Origin: Haliotis rubra | Lineage: Eukaryota | Length of the DNA stretch: 64,000 nucleotides | Direction of reading: 5' to 3' | Assembly (NCBI RefSeq): GCF_003918875.1 | Contig: NW_025765978.1 | Span: 1 to 64,000, forward strand | In this document: positions 24,450-37,829 of the stretch, piece after piece | Numbering within the stretch: position 1 is the stretch's first letter | How the letters are laid out: the number at the start of each line of letters is the position of its first letter | The notes under the pieces: generated by a model | Told to the model about the DNA's origin: nothing | What the model saw: the letters and a program-made list of their open reading frames with translations, nothing else | The model's database searches: none | Made by a program: the position numbers and the translations under genes

Positions 24450-26872
24450 AGGATCCCCACCCCTGGTGCCCAGACTTAGCTACAGTTGCCTGTTCCCTTG
24501 CCGAGCGTTTTCATTTCTGCACACCGCTGTGCGTCGCAGCTTTCAAGGCTTACATCAGCGCCAAGAAGAAATGCTTGTCGCAATGGAAGAGGAAGATGTC
24601 TTCTCCTGTTTCTTCTGTGGACTCTCGGTCTTCTCTTCTTCGAATGCCGCATGGACACTCCTCTCCTTTGATAGATAAGCCGACTACCCCTGCGCCGCGT
24701 ATGCTGATGCCTGAAGCCAAGCGCCGTCTGACGCCTGTGTTGACTTATCTCAGCCGGACGCCTTGTCTCATCCGGAGGTACAGAAGCTGCTTCGGATGCT
24801 CCTCTTGCCTGCAGCTGTTGGTGTCCAAGCTAGCACCGTTCCAGCGCCGCTGCCTAGCATTGTCCCTGCACCGAAGCCTGTGGACCTGTTCTACTGTTGC
24901 TAGCTTATTGCATCAATCAGCGCCTCCCCCGATGCCGGCGCCTATGCCAACACCTTTGCCGACGCCTATGCCCTTGCCGACGCCAGCGCCAACGCTGACG
25001 CCTTTTGCAGTCTATCGTATCCCCAGGAAGGCTACTGTGTCTAGAGAGGAGGAATTACAGCGTCAGTTATGGGAAGAGCGTTCCCGACGTCAGGACGCCG
25101 AGAGCTCCCGTCGTTCTCGGTGATCTCGTTCCCGGTCTTCTCGTCAGCATCATTGGTCTAGGAGTCCCCGTCATAGTTCTGCTTTTTCTCATCGCCGTCG
25201 TCGGTCTGCATCAAGGTCTCCCTCTCCCAGACATTCCAATGATAGGGAGAGGCGTTCACGGTCACCGATGCGTGGGAGGCGATATCGTCGGTCCCGTTCA
25301 AGGTCACCTCCTGTTCACCGCTCGCCGTGACGAACCACGTTCCCCTACAGTTACTTTTAGTGCTGCTTCTCAGTTGTCATCTGAGCGCCCAACGCCTGCT
25401 GCTTTTGGTCAACGGTTTAATACACCTACCATGTCCTGGGAGGACACTGAGGAACGCTACTTTTCTCCCGATTATAACGAGGCGATGTTGCAAAGAGGAT
25501 GATGATGGGGGCACTTACCTCCCCCTCTGCTGTGTTCGAATGGATTGCCGACAGACTGCCGGATTGTCCTTCTCCCTCTTCAGGATCAGCCAACCCGAGC
25601 TATTCGGTCTTCTCCTGAGTTACTCCTCCCGCCACCTCACCTGATGGTGGCGATGCTGTGGCTTCTTTGGACGCTGACTTTGCTACACTGTCTCTTAATA
25701 CTACTATTAAGCCCTAAGTCAGCATAAAGGGGACTATAAGATACATAGTTTGGATTTCGCTGATTGAGGCGGCTCATGATGAATCCCTCAAGCGCTTATC
25801 GGGTTCCCCACAGGCATCTTAAGTGCAGGACTCCAAGATGTTGGCTATTGATGCAGAGCTCTCAAAGCCGGATGTTGAAGCCTGTTTTCAGCGTTGGCCT
25901 CGACAACCCTCGGGCTGCAGGTTGGGGATCTGACGGAAGACAACACATCAAGGTTAGAACATCTTACCACCCTGTTTCAATGGCAGGGTAAGATGTTACA
26001 TGATTTGCTGGCACACCTCGGGACGGATTTGGCCATGACGACAGTTGTTAGGCGGATGGGATTCCTTGAGCCCTGTTCTTGGCAGGAAGAGTTTAAAGGA
26101 AGCTGTTAAGAGACCCTTTTGCATCTCATTTCCTCTTTGATGACAGGATTCGGAGGTTTATAAGGAACACGCAGAGCTTACCAATACTGAGGTTTCTGTG
26201 TTCACGTTGAAAACCTTGAGCTCGGCCTTCGTGGCAGGTCGCCTACAAGGGCGTGGCCGTGGCAGATCGAACCAGTTTTTCAGTGCCGCCAGCAGGAGCG
26301 CCCCGGGACCCCCTTCGACGCCCGGCAAGGTAGGGGAAGCACCCTTACTCCGTCGCTGAAGTTTTGACCCAACACGACTGTGACCTCCCGCCCCAGCCGT
26401 GCGGTTCGTCCCTATTCCAGTAGGCGGGAGACTGGGGATCTTCTGGCCCAACTAGATAATCCTGGAAGACCCGTTTGTGACCAACATTCTCAAGACCCGG
26501 TTACAAGCTGCCAATCGCCGTAATGTCGCCGCCTCTGACTACAACGCCCCAGTGGGCGCTGCAGGTGTATGCTCCAGACCAACAGTTACTGCTAGCAGAC
26601 AGCATTCACACTCTGCTATGCAAACAAGCTATAGAGACAGTGCTAGACCCCCAACAGTCCCGGGACTCTACTCACCCATCTTCCTGGTTCCCAAGAAGGA
26701 CTCAGTGAAAGTAACGCATGATTCACAACATGGCAGTTTTCAACCACCTTTATCTTCGGAACCGCCTCACTTCCGCATGGTGTCCCTGGGACAGCTACGA
26801 GCCAAGCTTACGCCCGGGGTTTGGTTGGCCAGTCTCGACCTTCAGGATGCCTACCTGCATGTGCCCATCCAG
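24450..26872 (+). mobile_element. DIRS-like tyrosine-recombinase retrotransposon, gag-like region plus 5' part of RT, 3'-truncated
   Basis: GC-rich block with Pro/Ala-rich and Arg/Ser-rich gag-like segments; RT N-terminus IPVGGRLGIFW, PGLYSPIFLVPKKD, HFRMVSL, WLASLDLQDAYLHVPI, then an abrupt break. Confidence 0.85.
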
Positions 26873-27800
26873 AAAATATCAGTGGATAAAAAAGTTGTTT
26901 ACAGAAAAAACTTGTTCAATAAAGGTGTGTGACAAATTTGTGGTATTGTAAAGGAACTTGGAGAGTGTATAGACCATGATGAGATTATAATATGTCTAAT
27001 CTGAACACTTCCTTTCAAGAGTATTATTGAATTACAATATCAATTCAAAAATACTTGAAACTTTTGAACATTGTCAAAAAGAAATGGCAAATGGCATGGA
27101 GGCATCTCCATGGAAACAGTTGATATGCTCTGTTAAGAAAGTTTGTTATAACATCCTAAATGTTGAAGTTTCAATGTCTAAGTGGGCAAACATATTTGGT
27201 TCTTCATTTATTTTCTAAGCAAAAAGAAACAAAGTTAAGGTGGTTCCAGTACAGAATTTTGCACAGAATATTAACAACTAATATCTTCTTGTATATTATC
27301 AAGGTTCAGGATTGGGAAGGCTGCTCATAGTGAAACAGGAGGCGGTGGGGTATCCTAGTGGTTTAAGTGTTCACTTGTCACGCTGAAGATCTGGGTTCAA
27401 TTCCTCACATGGGCATATTGTATGAAGCCCATTTCTGGTGTGATATTGTTGGAATATTTCTAAAGCAGCATAAAACTAAAACTCAATCACTCACTCATTA
27501 TGAAATGAACATAGAGAAATTATATCCCATCTTTTAGAATGAATTCATATACATAACTTGAACTTATAACATGAACTGGTTATTATGCGATGTAAAGAGA
27601 ACATTATCACTGACTCTGTATTTGATCTTTTCCTAATCCTGCCCAAGTATTTTGCATATAGATGCAAGGTTCCTGACTTTCAGCATTTTAAGAGGGAGCA
27701 TCAAATTACATATAAAAGTGAACAGACAATTAATCATAATAGCAATTCTATGAATAGGTTTAATACCTAGTGGATTATGTATCACTCTCTTTTTGATGAG
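26873..27800 (+). mobile_element. L1/Tx1-like LINE 3' fragment, interrupted by a SINE
   Basis: ISVDKKVVYRKNLFNKGV and LILPKYFAYRCK..PDFQHFK..EQTI..MNRF resemble the ORF2 C-terminus of L1/Tx1 elements. Confidence 0.5.
27338..27497 (+). mobile_element. SINE family A, diverged copy
   Basis: ggcggtggggtatcctagtgg head, gggttcaattcc B-box, (cact)n tail. Confidence 0.85.
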
Positions 27801-27960
27801 AATTATGTCAATCATGTTGGTTTAACTTCGAGTATATATATCATGATGTATTGTAAACATAAGAGATGTTATATTTGGGATTACACTTTCTCAGTAAAGT
27901 ACAGTTGTCTAATAGTTGTCAGCTGACTAACCTGACCCACTCAACCACCTGTGTAATTGT

Positions 27961-28060
27961 GGAAGCCGCGATGGCTGAGTGGGTTAGTCGGCTCACTTTG
28001 TGTGCTGACAGTTAGGAGCCAGACTCTGAGGGTGCGGGTTTAAATCCCAGATGGGACTTA
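27961..28060 (+). mobile_element. tRNA-like SINE head, family D (single copy here)
   Basis: A-box tggctgagtgg and degenerate B-box ggtttaaatcc about 65 bp apart; no intact cloverleaf. Confidence 0.55.
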
Positions 28061-28759
28061 ACCCAATAAAAGTACTACAATCTGTCCTTTACTGAGACAG
28101 TGTTATCCCAAAGAGACCGAAATATACCAAGCATGATAATTGACAACTTTCTAAATGGCATTGTGTATTCATATTACCAAGAGACAGACCTCCTAAATGT
28201 CATTCATGTTTGGCTGTCGAAGTGAGACAAAGACATAGACCTTCTGAACACGAGTCAATTGTGGATGTTTCAGGGAGAGAAAGAAGTACACCTTGTGAAC
28301 ACAAAACAAATATGGCCTCTGCAGGAAGAGCGAGAGTTGGTCCTCCTAAGTATGACCCCCTCATGTCATATGATGGTAATTATTACTCTTATATTACAGT
28401 GACGTGCAGTGAGTGAAAGTTCGAAATCAGCTTCATGGTGATTTACATACACATAATTTCGATTCAATTTTCCCATGATTGTTAAGAAAACTGCAACCAT
28501 TTAAACAAGATATATTAGACATACCAATCAGGTTTAACATGGCTGTCTATCTGATAGATTAAGATCAAGTTGTACTTATTGTGCTTAATCAGGTTTCATC
28601 TCGATAACTATTCAACGGAAAGATGAAAGAAAATTATGAACACGTAGCTGAAGCTGATTTCCAAGATTGTTTGCAAAATGTCAGAATAAAATGACTTCTA
28701 CTCAATTGGCAAAATAAAATTACCAAAATTTATGTCAAAACTACAGACAGACAGGTTTA

Positions 28760-29720
28760 TTTCATAAATGTGGCCATGAGGCCAATAGTACAAAATGACA
28801 ACTTAGATTAAACTTTTTAAGAGCACCTGGACATGATTTTGTTTACAAAAAATGCTAGACGGAGTATCATATTATGGTTCTTAGTATTTAGAAGATGTAC
28901 AATTTTTTGTTTATTTGGGTTCATAATATAGGTACTTGGTATGTAGTGAGTTCTTATCGCTGCATAAAAAGGACATTTTTACACATCATACTCATCTTCT
29001 AGTACACTTTTCGACTATGCTTGTCGTAAGAGGCGACTAACAGGATCGGGTGGTCAGGCTCGCCGACTTGGTTGACACATGTCATCGGTTCCCAATTGCG
29101 CAGATCGATGCTCATGCTGTTGATCACTGGATTGTCTGGTCCAGACTCGATTATTTACAGACCGCCGCCATATAGCTGGAATATTGCTGAGTGCTGCGTT
29201 AAACTCAACTCACTCACTCACTCTAGTACACTTTTACAATAATCGCACATAGCTACACTAATGTCATTGTCTTTAGATCTTCTATAGGAAACTATTTTCG
29301 AATTGGTGGAGCCGCATCTGAATTTTGTTAAGACTCTGCTCTGATTTAACGTAAGAGAGAGTGGAATCAAGTACAATTCGAACAGTATCAGATATAAAGG
29401 CAGAATATATATGTAATGATTTTGAGTTTCTTTTTGTCTTGTGTCCATTCTTGGTAGTACATGTCTTTACAACGTTGTTTGAAAAGATTTAAAACAATTC
29501 CCCTAGTTTCCAACTTTGATATATCCATACATAAGCAAAGCCATGTTGAAATAATATTGATCATTACTGCGAAGCCCAGTTATTATCTCCATTGTCGCTC
29601 TAAACATTTTAACACATCATACGAGTGGACGTGTGTGTCAGGTCGAGAGTGCATACAGAACTAAAACAACTTGTGTCATATAATTTACATGTAAAAGGTA
29701 TCTCCCATATTCGGCTAAAA
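28760..29720 (-). mobile_element. LINE 3' region with C-terminal zinc knuckle, interrupted by retroposon B
   Basis: SRVLTKFRCGS...MCDYCKSVLE|DEY...CPFYAAIR motif, reconstituted when the insert and one TSD copy are removed. Confidence 0.75.
29013..29221 (+). mobile_element. Short retroposon family B, 5'-truncated, 14-bp TSD
   Basis: TSD tctagtacactttt at 28999-29012 and 29222-29235; (actc)n tail. Confidence 0.95.
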
Positions 29721-29730
29721 CTGCCTTGTT

Positions 29731-30628
29731 CGGTGTGTGAGTCAAAACTACTTTCGGTTTGATGTTTATAATAACTTGTTCTTCCCCTTTTGATATAAAG
29801 GCAAGGGTAGGAAAGAAGTAGCCTAGCTAGGCCAGAATATCCCCCTTTTGATATAAGAACAAGGGTGGGGAAGAAGTAGCCTAGCTAGGCCAGAATCTCC
29901 CCCTTTTGATATAAGAACAAGGGTGGGGAAGAAGTAGCCTAGCTAGGCCAGAATCTCCCCCTTTTGATATAAGAACAAGAGTGGGGAAGAAGTATCCTAG
30001 CTAGGGCCAGAATCTCCACACTTTGATTTCAGAACAAAAGGGTGGGGAAGAAGCATCCTAAGCCAAGCCAGAATCTCCCCCTTGATATAAGAGCAAGGGT
30101 GGGGAAGAAGTAGCCTAGCTGAGCCAGAATCTCCCTTTTGATATAAGAGCAAGGGTGGGGAAGAAATAGCTAGGCCAGAATCCCTTTGATATAAGAACAA
30201 GAGTGGGGAAGAAGCATCCTAGCTAGGCCAGAGGGCCAGAATCTCCCTCGCTTTGATATAAGAACAAGGTGGGGAAGAAGTAGCCTAGCTAGGCCAGAAT
30301 CTCCCTTTGATATAAGAACAAGAGTGGGAAGAAGTATTCTAGCTAGGCCAGAATCTCCCTTTGATGTAAGAACAAGGGTGGGGAAGCAGTGGCCAAGCTG
30401 GGCCAGAATCTGCCCCTTTACGGACAAAATATCCTAGTTTGAACAAGGGAGAAACTTGGGGGGCTTTAGCCTAGCCCAAACTTTCCCAGGGTAAGAATAT
30501 CCTAGGGACAAAACTTCCAAGGTGGGGGTAAGAATATCCTAGGACAAAACTTCCCCAGGGAAAGTTTGGCCTAGGCCAAATTCTGCCGGGGAAAGTTTTG
30601 ACCGGGAAGAAATGGCCTACTACACAGG
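29731..30628. repeat. ~58-bp minisatellite (about 11 units, 29783-30420) inside a probable non-autonomous DNA element
   Basis: Unit cccccttttgatataagaacaagggtggggaagaagtagcctagctaggccagaatct; degenerate shorter units follow; ends cggtgt... / ...acacagg look like imperfect TIRs. Confidence 0.85.
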
Positions 30629-30859
30629 TATATATAGGAGCGCAGTATCTGTCAACATATCAAAAGCTTTTTATAAATCAACTCTAAAATACTATAAATT
30701 TTTCCACGCTTTTCCTTATGTACTTGTGGATAATGGAATTTAATACAAATATTTGGTCAACAGTACTGTAGTCTCTCTAAACCCTGCTTGAGACCCAGAA
30801 ATTATATCCTGTGTAAAGTTTTATACGTGCATTTAGAATACTTGTGAATTCTTTGCTAA

Positions 30860-31130
30860 TTATATCAAGTTGTTATTGGGATCCTCTCTATCTCCCGCTT
30901 TATGTAACAGAACAATAAGACCAAGGTTCAAAGAATCTGAAAAATTACCAGCGTTGAGAATCTCTTTGAAAAGACGTTTATATAGAATAACATCAGCCCC
31001 AAGAGATTTACCACTTTTCAGATTCTTATCTGCATTCAAAATGTCATCATTTGAGATGTTTGTCATCTAAGATATTGTCACAATCTCTGCATTGTTCACA
31101 CAATTAACAACATCATGATTTTCAAGAAAC
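30860..31130 (-). mobile_element. LINE fragment just upstream of the RT domain
   Basis: ISNDDILNADKNLKSGKSLGADVI..LFKEILNAGNFSDSLNLGLIVLLHKAGDREDPNN matches the K.GKSPGPDG..G.I..I.K.G...DPNNYR motif. Confidence 0.85.
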
Positions 31131-31619
31131 ATTCGTACATGTATATCAAACTGTGTGCAATCTGTTAGAGGGTGGAAGAGGTTAACAAGTGTTTATGCCA
31201 CTTATCTGGGGTGATGTTTGTTTGTAGGCTGGTAGTGTTACAATCCGTCTTGACGACTTCCTCAACTCTTTGCATGTTTTACCTTAGGCTGTATTTACAA
31301 TTTCCTCTGCCATATTGTTTTCAAAAGTACTTATTTTCTGTTTACATAAAGCTTACATATTTACAGACTGCTGCCATATAGTTGGAAAATTAGTAGCAAA
31401 ACAAACAGTAATAAATATCAGTACATTTTGGAATCAACATGATCATAAACGCCTTACCCACCCATGTAATATATAACTTATAACCCACCCATGTAATATA
31501 TGACTTATAATACATGTTGTTATCTTTACAGATTTTGTATTGTAAATTTTTGTTAAAAAGGGATTTAATTACTTGTTAGAGTAACAGAATTGTTATTTGT
31601 ATTTACAACTTGATTGTAG

Positions 31620-34600
31620 ATGAAGATCACGAAGTGAAGATGGACACAGGGATGAAATCTAACAGAGGAAACATCAAGTATTGATGACCAGTTTAGACTT
31701 GGGAGAGAAAGATGGAGAGAGCCAGTACAGTGTTTAATTCACCTTCAGTCGGCAGAGCGCAGTGTAGAGAATCCACCAACCACAGTAATCGCATTGGAAC
31801 ATGCCAAATGGAGTATTCATAACAGAAAGTGAAATGGGAAGTAGCCGAAAAGCTTCTCTCACTAACATGATTCTGAAACCAAGGGTACATATGTCGTGAT
31901 GAAGTGAATGAGTATCTTTACAGGCAAATTGTGGGAATAAGGAATCCAATAGAATTTTGTTGTCCAAAAAGAATTAAAGGAAAGAAGTGTATTGATTATG
32001 AACCAAAGTTTAACAAAAGGATAAGGAACAGACACCAGCACCTTTGTATATAAACGAAAGCCAGTTTATCTGTCTCCTAGTGAGGCAAGAGCTTGTCTGT
32101 CCAGTAAACCTGGAGGAAATATGGCTCCAATCCATACAGGTTTACAGTGTAAAATTGTTGCAAAAGCTAAGAAAAATGTGCCATGGGCCAAAAAGATTGG
32201 AAATCAGAACATATCTGGTTCAATGGATACTAGAATTGGACATTTTACAAAGACAATGACTAAATTACACTTAAAGGCTGATTTGTGCGCACCGATCCTT
32301 CTGAAAAGATGGATAAGGAACAAGAGCCAGCTCCAGGAAAGAATGGCAGGAAGAGAAGAAAGGTTGTGACTCCTGAAGAAAGCTTAGGAACAGGTGAACA
32401 GGGCGAAGAAATAGAACAAGCTGATGGACACAACAAGACAGAAGTAGTAGATGAAGAACAGGTGTACATTGATGAAGAACAGTACATTGATGAAGATTGG
32501 ACTGAAGAATGTCAGGAAGATGACGATGAGTTTGTAGAACAGAAGGAAGATGAACATTTGGTGGTAAAAGAACAAATTGTAGTAAACAGGGAAGTACTAG
32601 AGAGAATGTTGAAAAGGAAGAAGTAGATCAGATTGTGAGTAAATAAGGAAGTACTAGAGAATGTTGAAAAGGAAGAGGTAGATCAGATTGTGGTAAATAA
32701 AGGGGTAGTAGAACAGAATGTTGAAAATGAAGAAGTAGATCAGATTGTGGTAAATACGGAGGTAGAAGAGCAGAATGTTGAAAAGGAAGAAGTAGATCAG
32801 ATTGTGGTAAATATAGAGGTAGTAGAACAGAATGTTGCCAAAAAGAAGTAGATCAGATTGTGGTAAATATAGAGGTACCTAGGGCAGAATGTTGTCAAGG
32901 AAGAAGTAGATCAGATTGTGGTAAATAAAGAGGTACTCAGGAACAGAATGTTGCCACGGGAAGAAGTAGATCAGATTGTGGTAAATAAGGAGGTACTAGA
33001 GCAGAATGTTGTCAAGGAAGAAGTAGATCAGATTGTGGTGGGGTAAATCAGGAGAGTACTAGAACGGAATGTTGCCAAGGAAGAAGTAGATCAGATTGTG
33101 GTAGAAATAAAGGGTACTAGAACAGAATGTTGCCATGAAGGAAGAAGTAGATCAGATTGTGGTAAATGCGAGCATTACTAGAACAGAATGTTGCCAAGGA
33201 AGAAGTAGATCAGATTGTGGTAAATAAAGAGGTACTAGAACAGAATGTTGCCAAGGAAGAAGTAGATCAGATTGTGGTAAATAAAGAGGTACTAGAACAG
33301 AATGTTGCCAAGGAAGAAGTAGATCCAGATTGTGGTAAATAAGGAGGTACTATAGGAGCAGAATGCCAATCCAAGGAAGAAGTAGATCAGATTGTGGTAA
33401 ATAAAGAGGTACTAGAACAGAATGTTGCCAAGGAAGAAGTAGATCAGATTGTGGTAAAATAAGGAGGTACTAGAGCAGAATGTTGCCCAGGAAAAGTAGA
33501 TCAGATTATTGGTAAACACGGTGCTACTCAGAACAGAATGTTGCCAAGGAAGAAGTAGATCGGAGATTGTGGTAAATAAAGAGGTACTAGAACAGAATGT
33601 TGTCAAGGAAGAAGTAGATCAGATATTGAGTAAATAAAGAGGTACTAGAAACAGAATGTTGCCAAGGAAGAAGTAGGATCAGATTGTGGTAAATAAGGAG
33701 GTACTAAGAGCAGAATGTTGTCTTCGGCGAAGAAGTGAGATCAGATTGTGGTAACACGGAGGTACTAGAACAGAATGTTGCCAAGGAAGAAGTAGATCAG
33801 ATTGTGGTAAATAAAGAGGTACTAGAACAGAATGTTGTAGCGAAGAAGTAGATCAGATTGTGGTAAGCAATAAATGCAAAGACAGGGTTGTGAATAGGAA
33901 CAGAATGTGGTAATGGGTGCACAAGTGGATTGTAAATTTTCTGCCAGATGAAGGACAATTTGTTTTACAGGAGGTAGATGAAGACCAGATAATGAAAGAT
34001 GTAGATAAGATTGTCTCATCTAAAGCTTTGGTAAAACAGAATGTTGTAAAGAAGGAAGTAGATCAGATTTGGTGGTAAATAAAACCTGATGAAGACCAGT
34101 TTGTGGAAAGTGGGAAAGATGAACAACAGTCTCTTGAGCAGAGGTTTGGAGAAACATCTGTTGTACAGAAGAAAGATAAAGGACAGGAAAAGGCAGAACA
34201 GTATGTTGTGCACATGGAAGAAGATTGGGTTGTAGTACTGCGGAAGAGGAACAGTCGACAAGAGAAGTGGAAGAAGAAAAGTTTGAGTTTACAGGGACAG
34301 AAGTAGAACAGTTGTTGGTAAATGGGGAAGAAGAAAAAGATTGTAATGGATGAAGAAAGCTGATTATGGTAAACAAGGAAGTTCAAGAACAGAATGTGAT
34401 AAAGAAAGCAGAACATATTTGGATACAGGAGGAAGAAGAAAGATTGTATAGTGGTAGATCAGGAAATTGAAGGACACAATGTGGTTAAGGAAAAGAGCTG
34501 AAAAGGTTGTGGTTCAGGATGCTGTAGATGATTGTATTGTCATTGAACAGGAAGGAGAACCCAGTGTGTGGTAGAAGGGGAAGAGGTACAACAGAATGTT

Positions 34601-34680
34601 GTAATAATAGTATAAGATGAGTGATAGGCTGGACCAAAATCAGTGGTGACCAATGTGATTTATAATGATATACCAATATA
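31620..34680 (+). CDS. Large frameshifted exon: C2H2-like zinc fingers, Glu-rich region and 19-aa tandem repeat
   Basis: Acceptor ttgattgtag at 31619; fragments RHQHLC, FICL and IHTGLQCKI; acidic ORF 32285-32626 runs into the repeat in frame (EQIVVNREVLE). Frame is broken by many indels; the 3' boundary is approximate. Confidence 0.55.
32570..33870 (+). repeat. 57-bp coding-type minisatellite, about 23 units (EEVDQIVVNKEVLEQNVAK)
   Basis: Consensus gaagaagtagatcagattgtggtaaataaagaggtactagaacagaatgttgccaag = 19 codons with no stop. Confidence 0.95.
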
Positions 34681-36123
34681 CCTCAAGACTATGTGCCAAC
34701 TGTAGCAGAACAGTAAATAAGACTGATTTAATTGATACTGATTAAATCTTGTTGCTTTTTCCACGAGGGATCACAATTTTCTTTGAAGCCATTTTGTGTT
34801 TTGAGAAGCTTCAGAAGAGTGAAGCATTTTACCGCTAAATTCTAAATGAAAGTTGTGCATGTGACAATGTCTGCAACTGTTTTGGCAAATATAAAACATC
34901 AGTGCCAGCTTCAAATACTCAGTCTTGACTATCCTTGTAATGGACTCCACTCAGTGGAAAGGACATGGAAACCGTGAAAATCATGTGAATGAATCGCTAA
35001 AATTCAGCCGATAACAATCCCAGGTGTTCATGAAAAAGGGTAATCATTTTCTGTCCCTCCTGTAGCATCCGCCATTAGCAATGGTGAAGAAATGTATTTC
35101 AGTCCACAATCGCAAGGCAAAACCAATATTTAATTAAACGCGGTGTGCTTTCACAACACAGAAATGATAAACATACCTAATAATGGTGTTGGTAACTCCG
35201 TTCCTATATTGCATCTACAGACTGCGAGGACAAAATGTCAATGGATGATGAAATGCATATACAGTACGCACAGATAAGATCATTTGACCCGCCATAAACA
35301 AAGTGATATTGAGATAATGGCATGGATGGATTTACCATTTTGGGGTGTGGAACAGTTGACTACCCTTTGTATTACGTTTATGATGGGTGCCACCGTTTAT
35401 GCAGGATACACTCTCGCCTTTGGCTTAACACCCGGTATCATCACAATTTTATAGTGATTCATAGACACATGCTCTGTCATCGTGATCTCGTCTTTGTCAG
35501 TCACTGGATTGTCAGGTCCAGATATGCGTTTCTGTACAGACCTCCGCCATACAGATGTCACATTGCTCCAGTTAGGGCGTTAAAAAGACTCACACAAAAT
35601 AAAACACTTGCTCATAATATAGTATGTTACAATCGACTAATTATGATGTGTAGTGGAATTTGTCTTCAGTAACCCATGCTTGTTTTAAGAGGTGACTGAC
35701 GGGATCGATCTATGCTGTTGATCACTGTATTGTCTGGCCGCATTATTTTACAGACCCCGCCATATAGCAGAAATAATAGTAAAAATAACGGAGAAACAAA
35801 CAAACATCACGAAACTTCTCGAACAATCAAACTGCTCATGTTTGCCAAACAACCAAGAGAGGCAACACTCCAAGTCGACGCTTCCTGATAACCTGTAGTC
35901 GATATTTTACGAGCGTTTCATTAATTTGCAAAAGACATGGAAAACAAATTTAGGACAACATTTTTCCATTTCTGGATGAAATGTCATAGTCTTTAATAGT
36001 CTTATGATGTCAAGTTGATTCTCAACTTGAAACGCCTTCGCCATCCGCAGTTCAAAGAAAGTCATAAGGTATATCATGCTGTTCCCGCAGCATGACAACT
36101 GCAGCATGATATTCATAATAACA

Positions 36124-36488
36124 GACCGCCTCCGTGGTGTAGTGGTTAGAGCGTCCGCCCGGAGAGCTGGAAGGTCGCGGGTTCGATCCCCGACCGCGTC
36201 ATACCAAAAGACGTTATAATATGGTACTTGTTGGTTCCTGCCTGGCGCTCGGCATTAATGAGTACAACAAGGACTGGTCGGCTCGGAGTCAGTATAATGT
36301 GTCCGGAGTGCGGTGGTCATGCTTCACTGCGGCATGGTATCTCAGTGGGCTAGCACTATAAAACCAGCCTAAGTCTGGGCTAGTACGCTGACGCACGTAC
36401 ACATAAACACGTATGCATCGTCGTCATATGAGCGAAATATTCTCAAGCACGACGTTAAACCCACTTCATTTCACCTCACCTCACCTCA
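36124..36488 (+). mobile_element. tRNA-derived SINE family C (~360 bp), full length
   Basis: A-box tggtgtagtgg, B-box ggttcgatccc, body gtcataccaaaagacg...ggcgctcggcattaatg, (cacct)n tail; short flanking aataaca duplication. Confidence 0.92.
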
Positions 36489-36631
36489 GAATAACATGTA
36501 TCCTTTGCAGCATGTATTGCTTATTCTCCTGCTGTGGTATTGGGCAACGTCTGCGAGGCGTGGGGAGTAAAACCACACAACACGCCAAACGCTTTATATA
36601 CCAGTTGCAAGTTCCAGATGTATTAGCAACA

Positions 36632-36793
36632 GTGAGTGAGAGGAGTTTAGTTTACGCCGATTCTAGCAATATTCTGCAATATTACGGCGGGTACACCAGA
36701 AATGGGATTCACACGTTGTACCCATGAGGGGAATTGAACCCGGATTTTGGCGTGACGAGCGAACGTTTTAACCACTACGTTACCCCAGCGCCC
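36632..36793 (-). mobile_element. SINE family A
   Basis: Reverse complement of the 18113-18277 consensus. Confidence 0.88.
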
Positions 36794-37829
36794 TGTATAA
36801 AGTAAGTATGAGAGAACAAATCCAGAACATGACAGCAAGAGTGTGTCTTCTATATCAGTTTCAGGAACCAGATGTACCGGTATCTGGAAATAAAAGTGTC
36901 ACAATACTTTCCATAACCATACGAAATATAAGAGTCTCGGTGACAATTTAATTAGCTGTGTTTCAAACACATTTATTCGTAGAGCAGATGTGAATAAACA
37001 GATCGGAGATCTGTCGGAATATCTTACACACTAACAAATAAGATCATCATGTCCAACATGTCCCTCCCATCACAGCAGCACTGGATTTCATATTGACCCC
37101 TTGAAGCATGTTTCCATCGCCCGCGTCTGCAGCATCAATGACCCCTGATATAACGTACAATACGTTACTTTCAGGCATGTAATAAATAATTTTAAAATCA
37201 TGTTACATTATTGTACACCTGCTCACAAGAGTGCCCGTTCCAGACTCGAATATTTACCGCCTTCAACTAGTTTGGCATAATGCTAAGGCGACGTTAAACA
37301 ACAAACACACGATGATTTGTGCGATTTATCAGCACCAGAACATGCCCCTGATACAACCAGAATGCTGTACATAGGGGCATTAAACCCAACTCACTCCAAC
37401 CGTGTCCCATGATAGAAGTGTGAACTAGTGGCCTCTGACCTGAGACCGGACGAATGTCAGAAAACTGAAAAGATAATAAGAATGTCATCTGTTGGGTAAT
37501 CCATAATTCTGCTACCAGCGCCTGGCCTACGATCCAACGCGTGAAGCTATACCAGGGTGCGTGCCATGACATCAGCATTAAGGTCAAAATGAAAATTTGG
37601 TGGTTATAACATATGTGACGATGACGATTCGGTGTGGGTGGTCATGTTCTCGGTTATATCATCGTAGTTCCACATCACTACTCGACTGGCTGTTGATCAA
37701 AAGCCAAAGATTGCAAAAGATAATGGCACAGAAATATCAAAAGTTAAGTTATATATGTTGACTTTTCCCTTTCCCCGTTGTGATTCCAGTTGAAAACGAC
37801 CCCAGCAACATACACTTTTCGGAAATGGC

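Noticed and set aside
24575-25502. Pro-rich and Arg/Ser-rich ORFs as host genes
   Set aside because: Contiguous with DIRS RT motifs; better explained as a frameshifted DIRS gag-like region.
29783-33870. 58-bp and 57-bp arrays as CRISPR arrays
   Set aside because: Head-to-tail units with no unique spacers, no cas genes, and a eukaryotic context.
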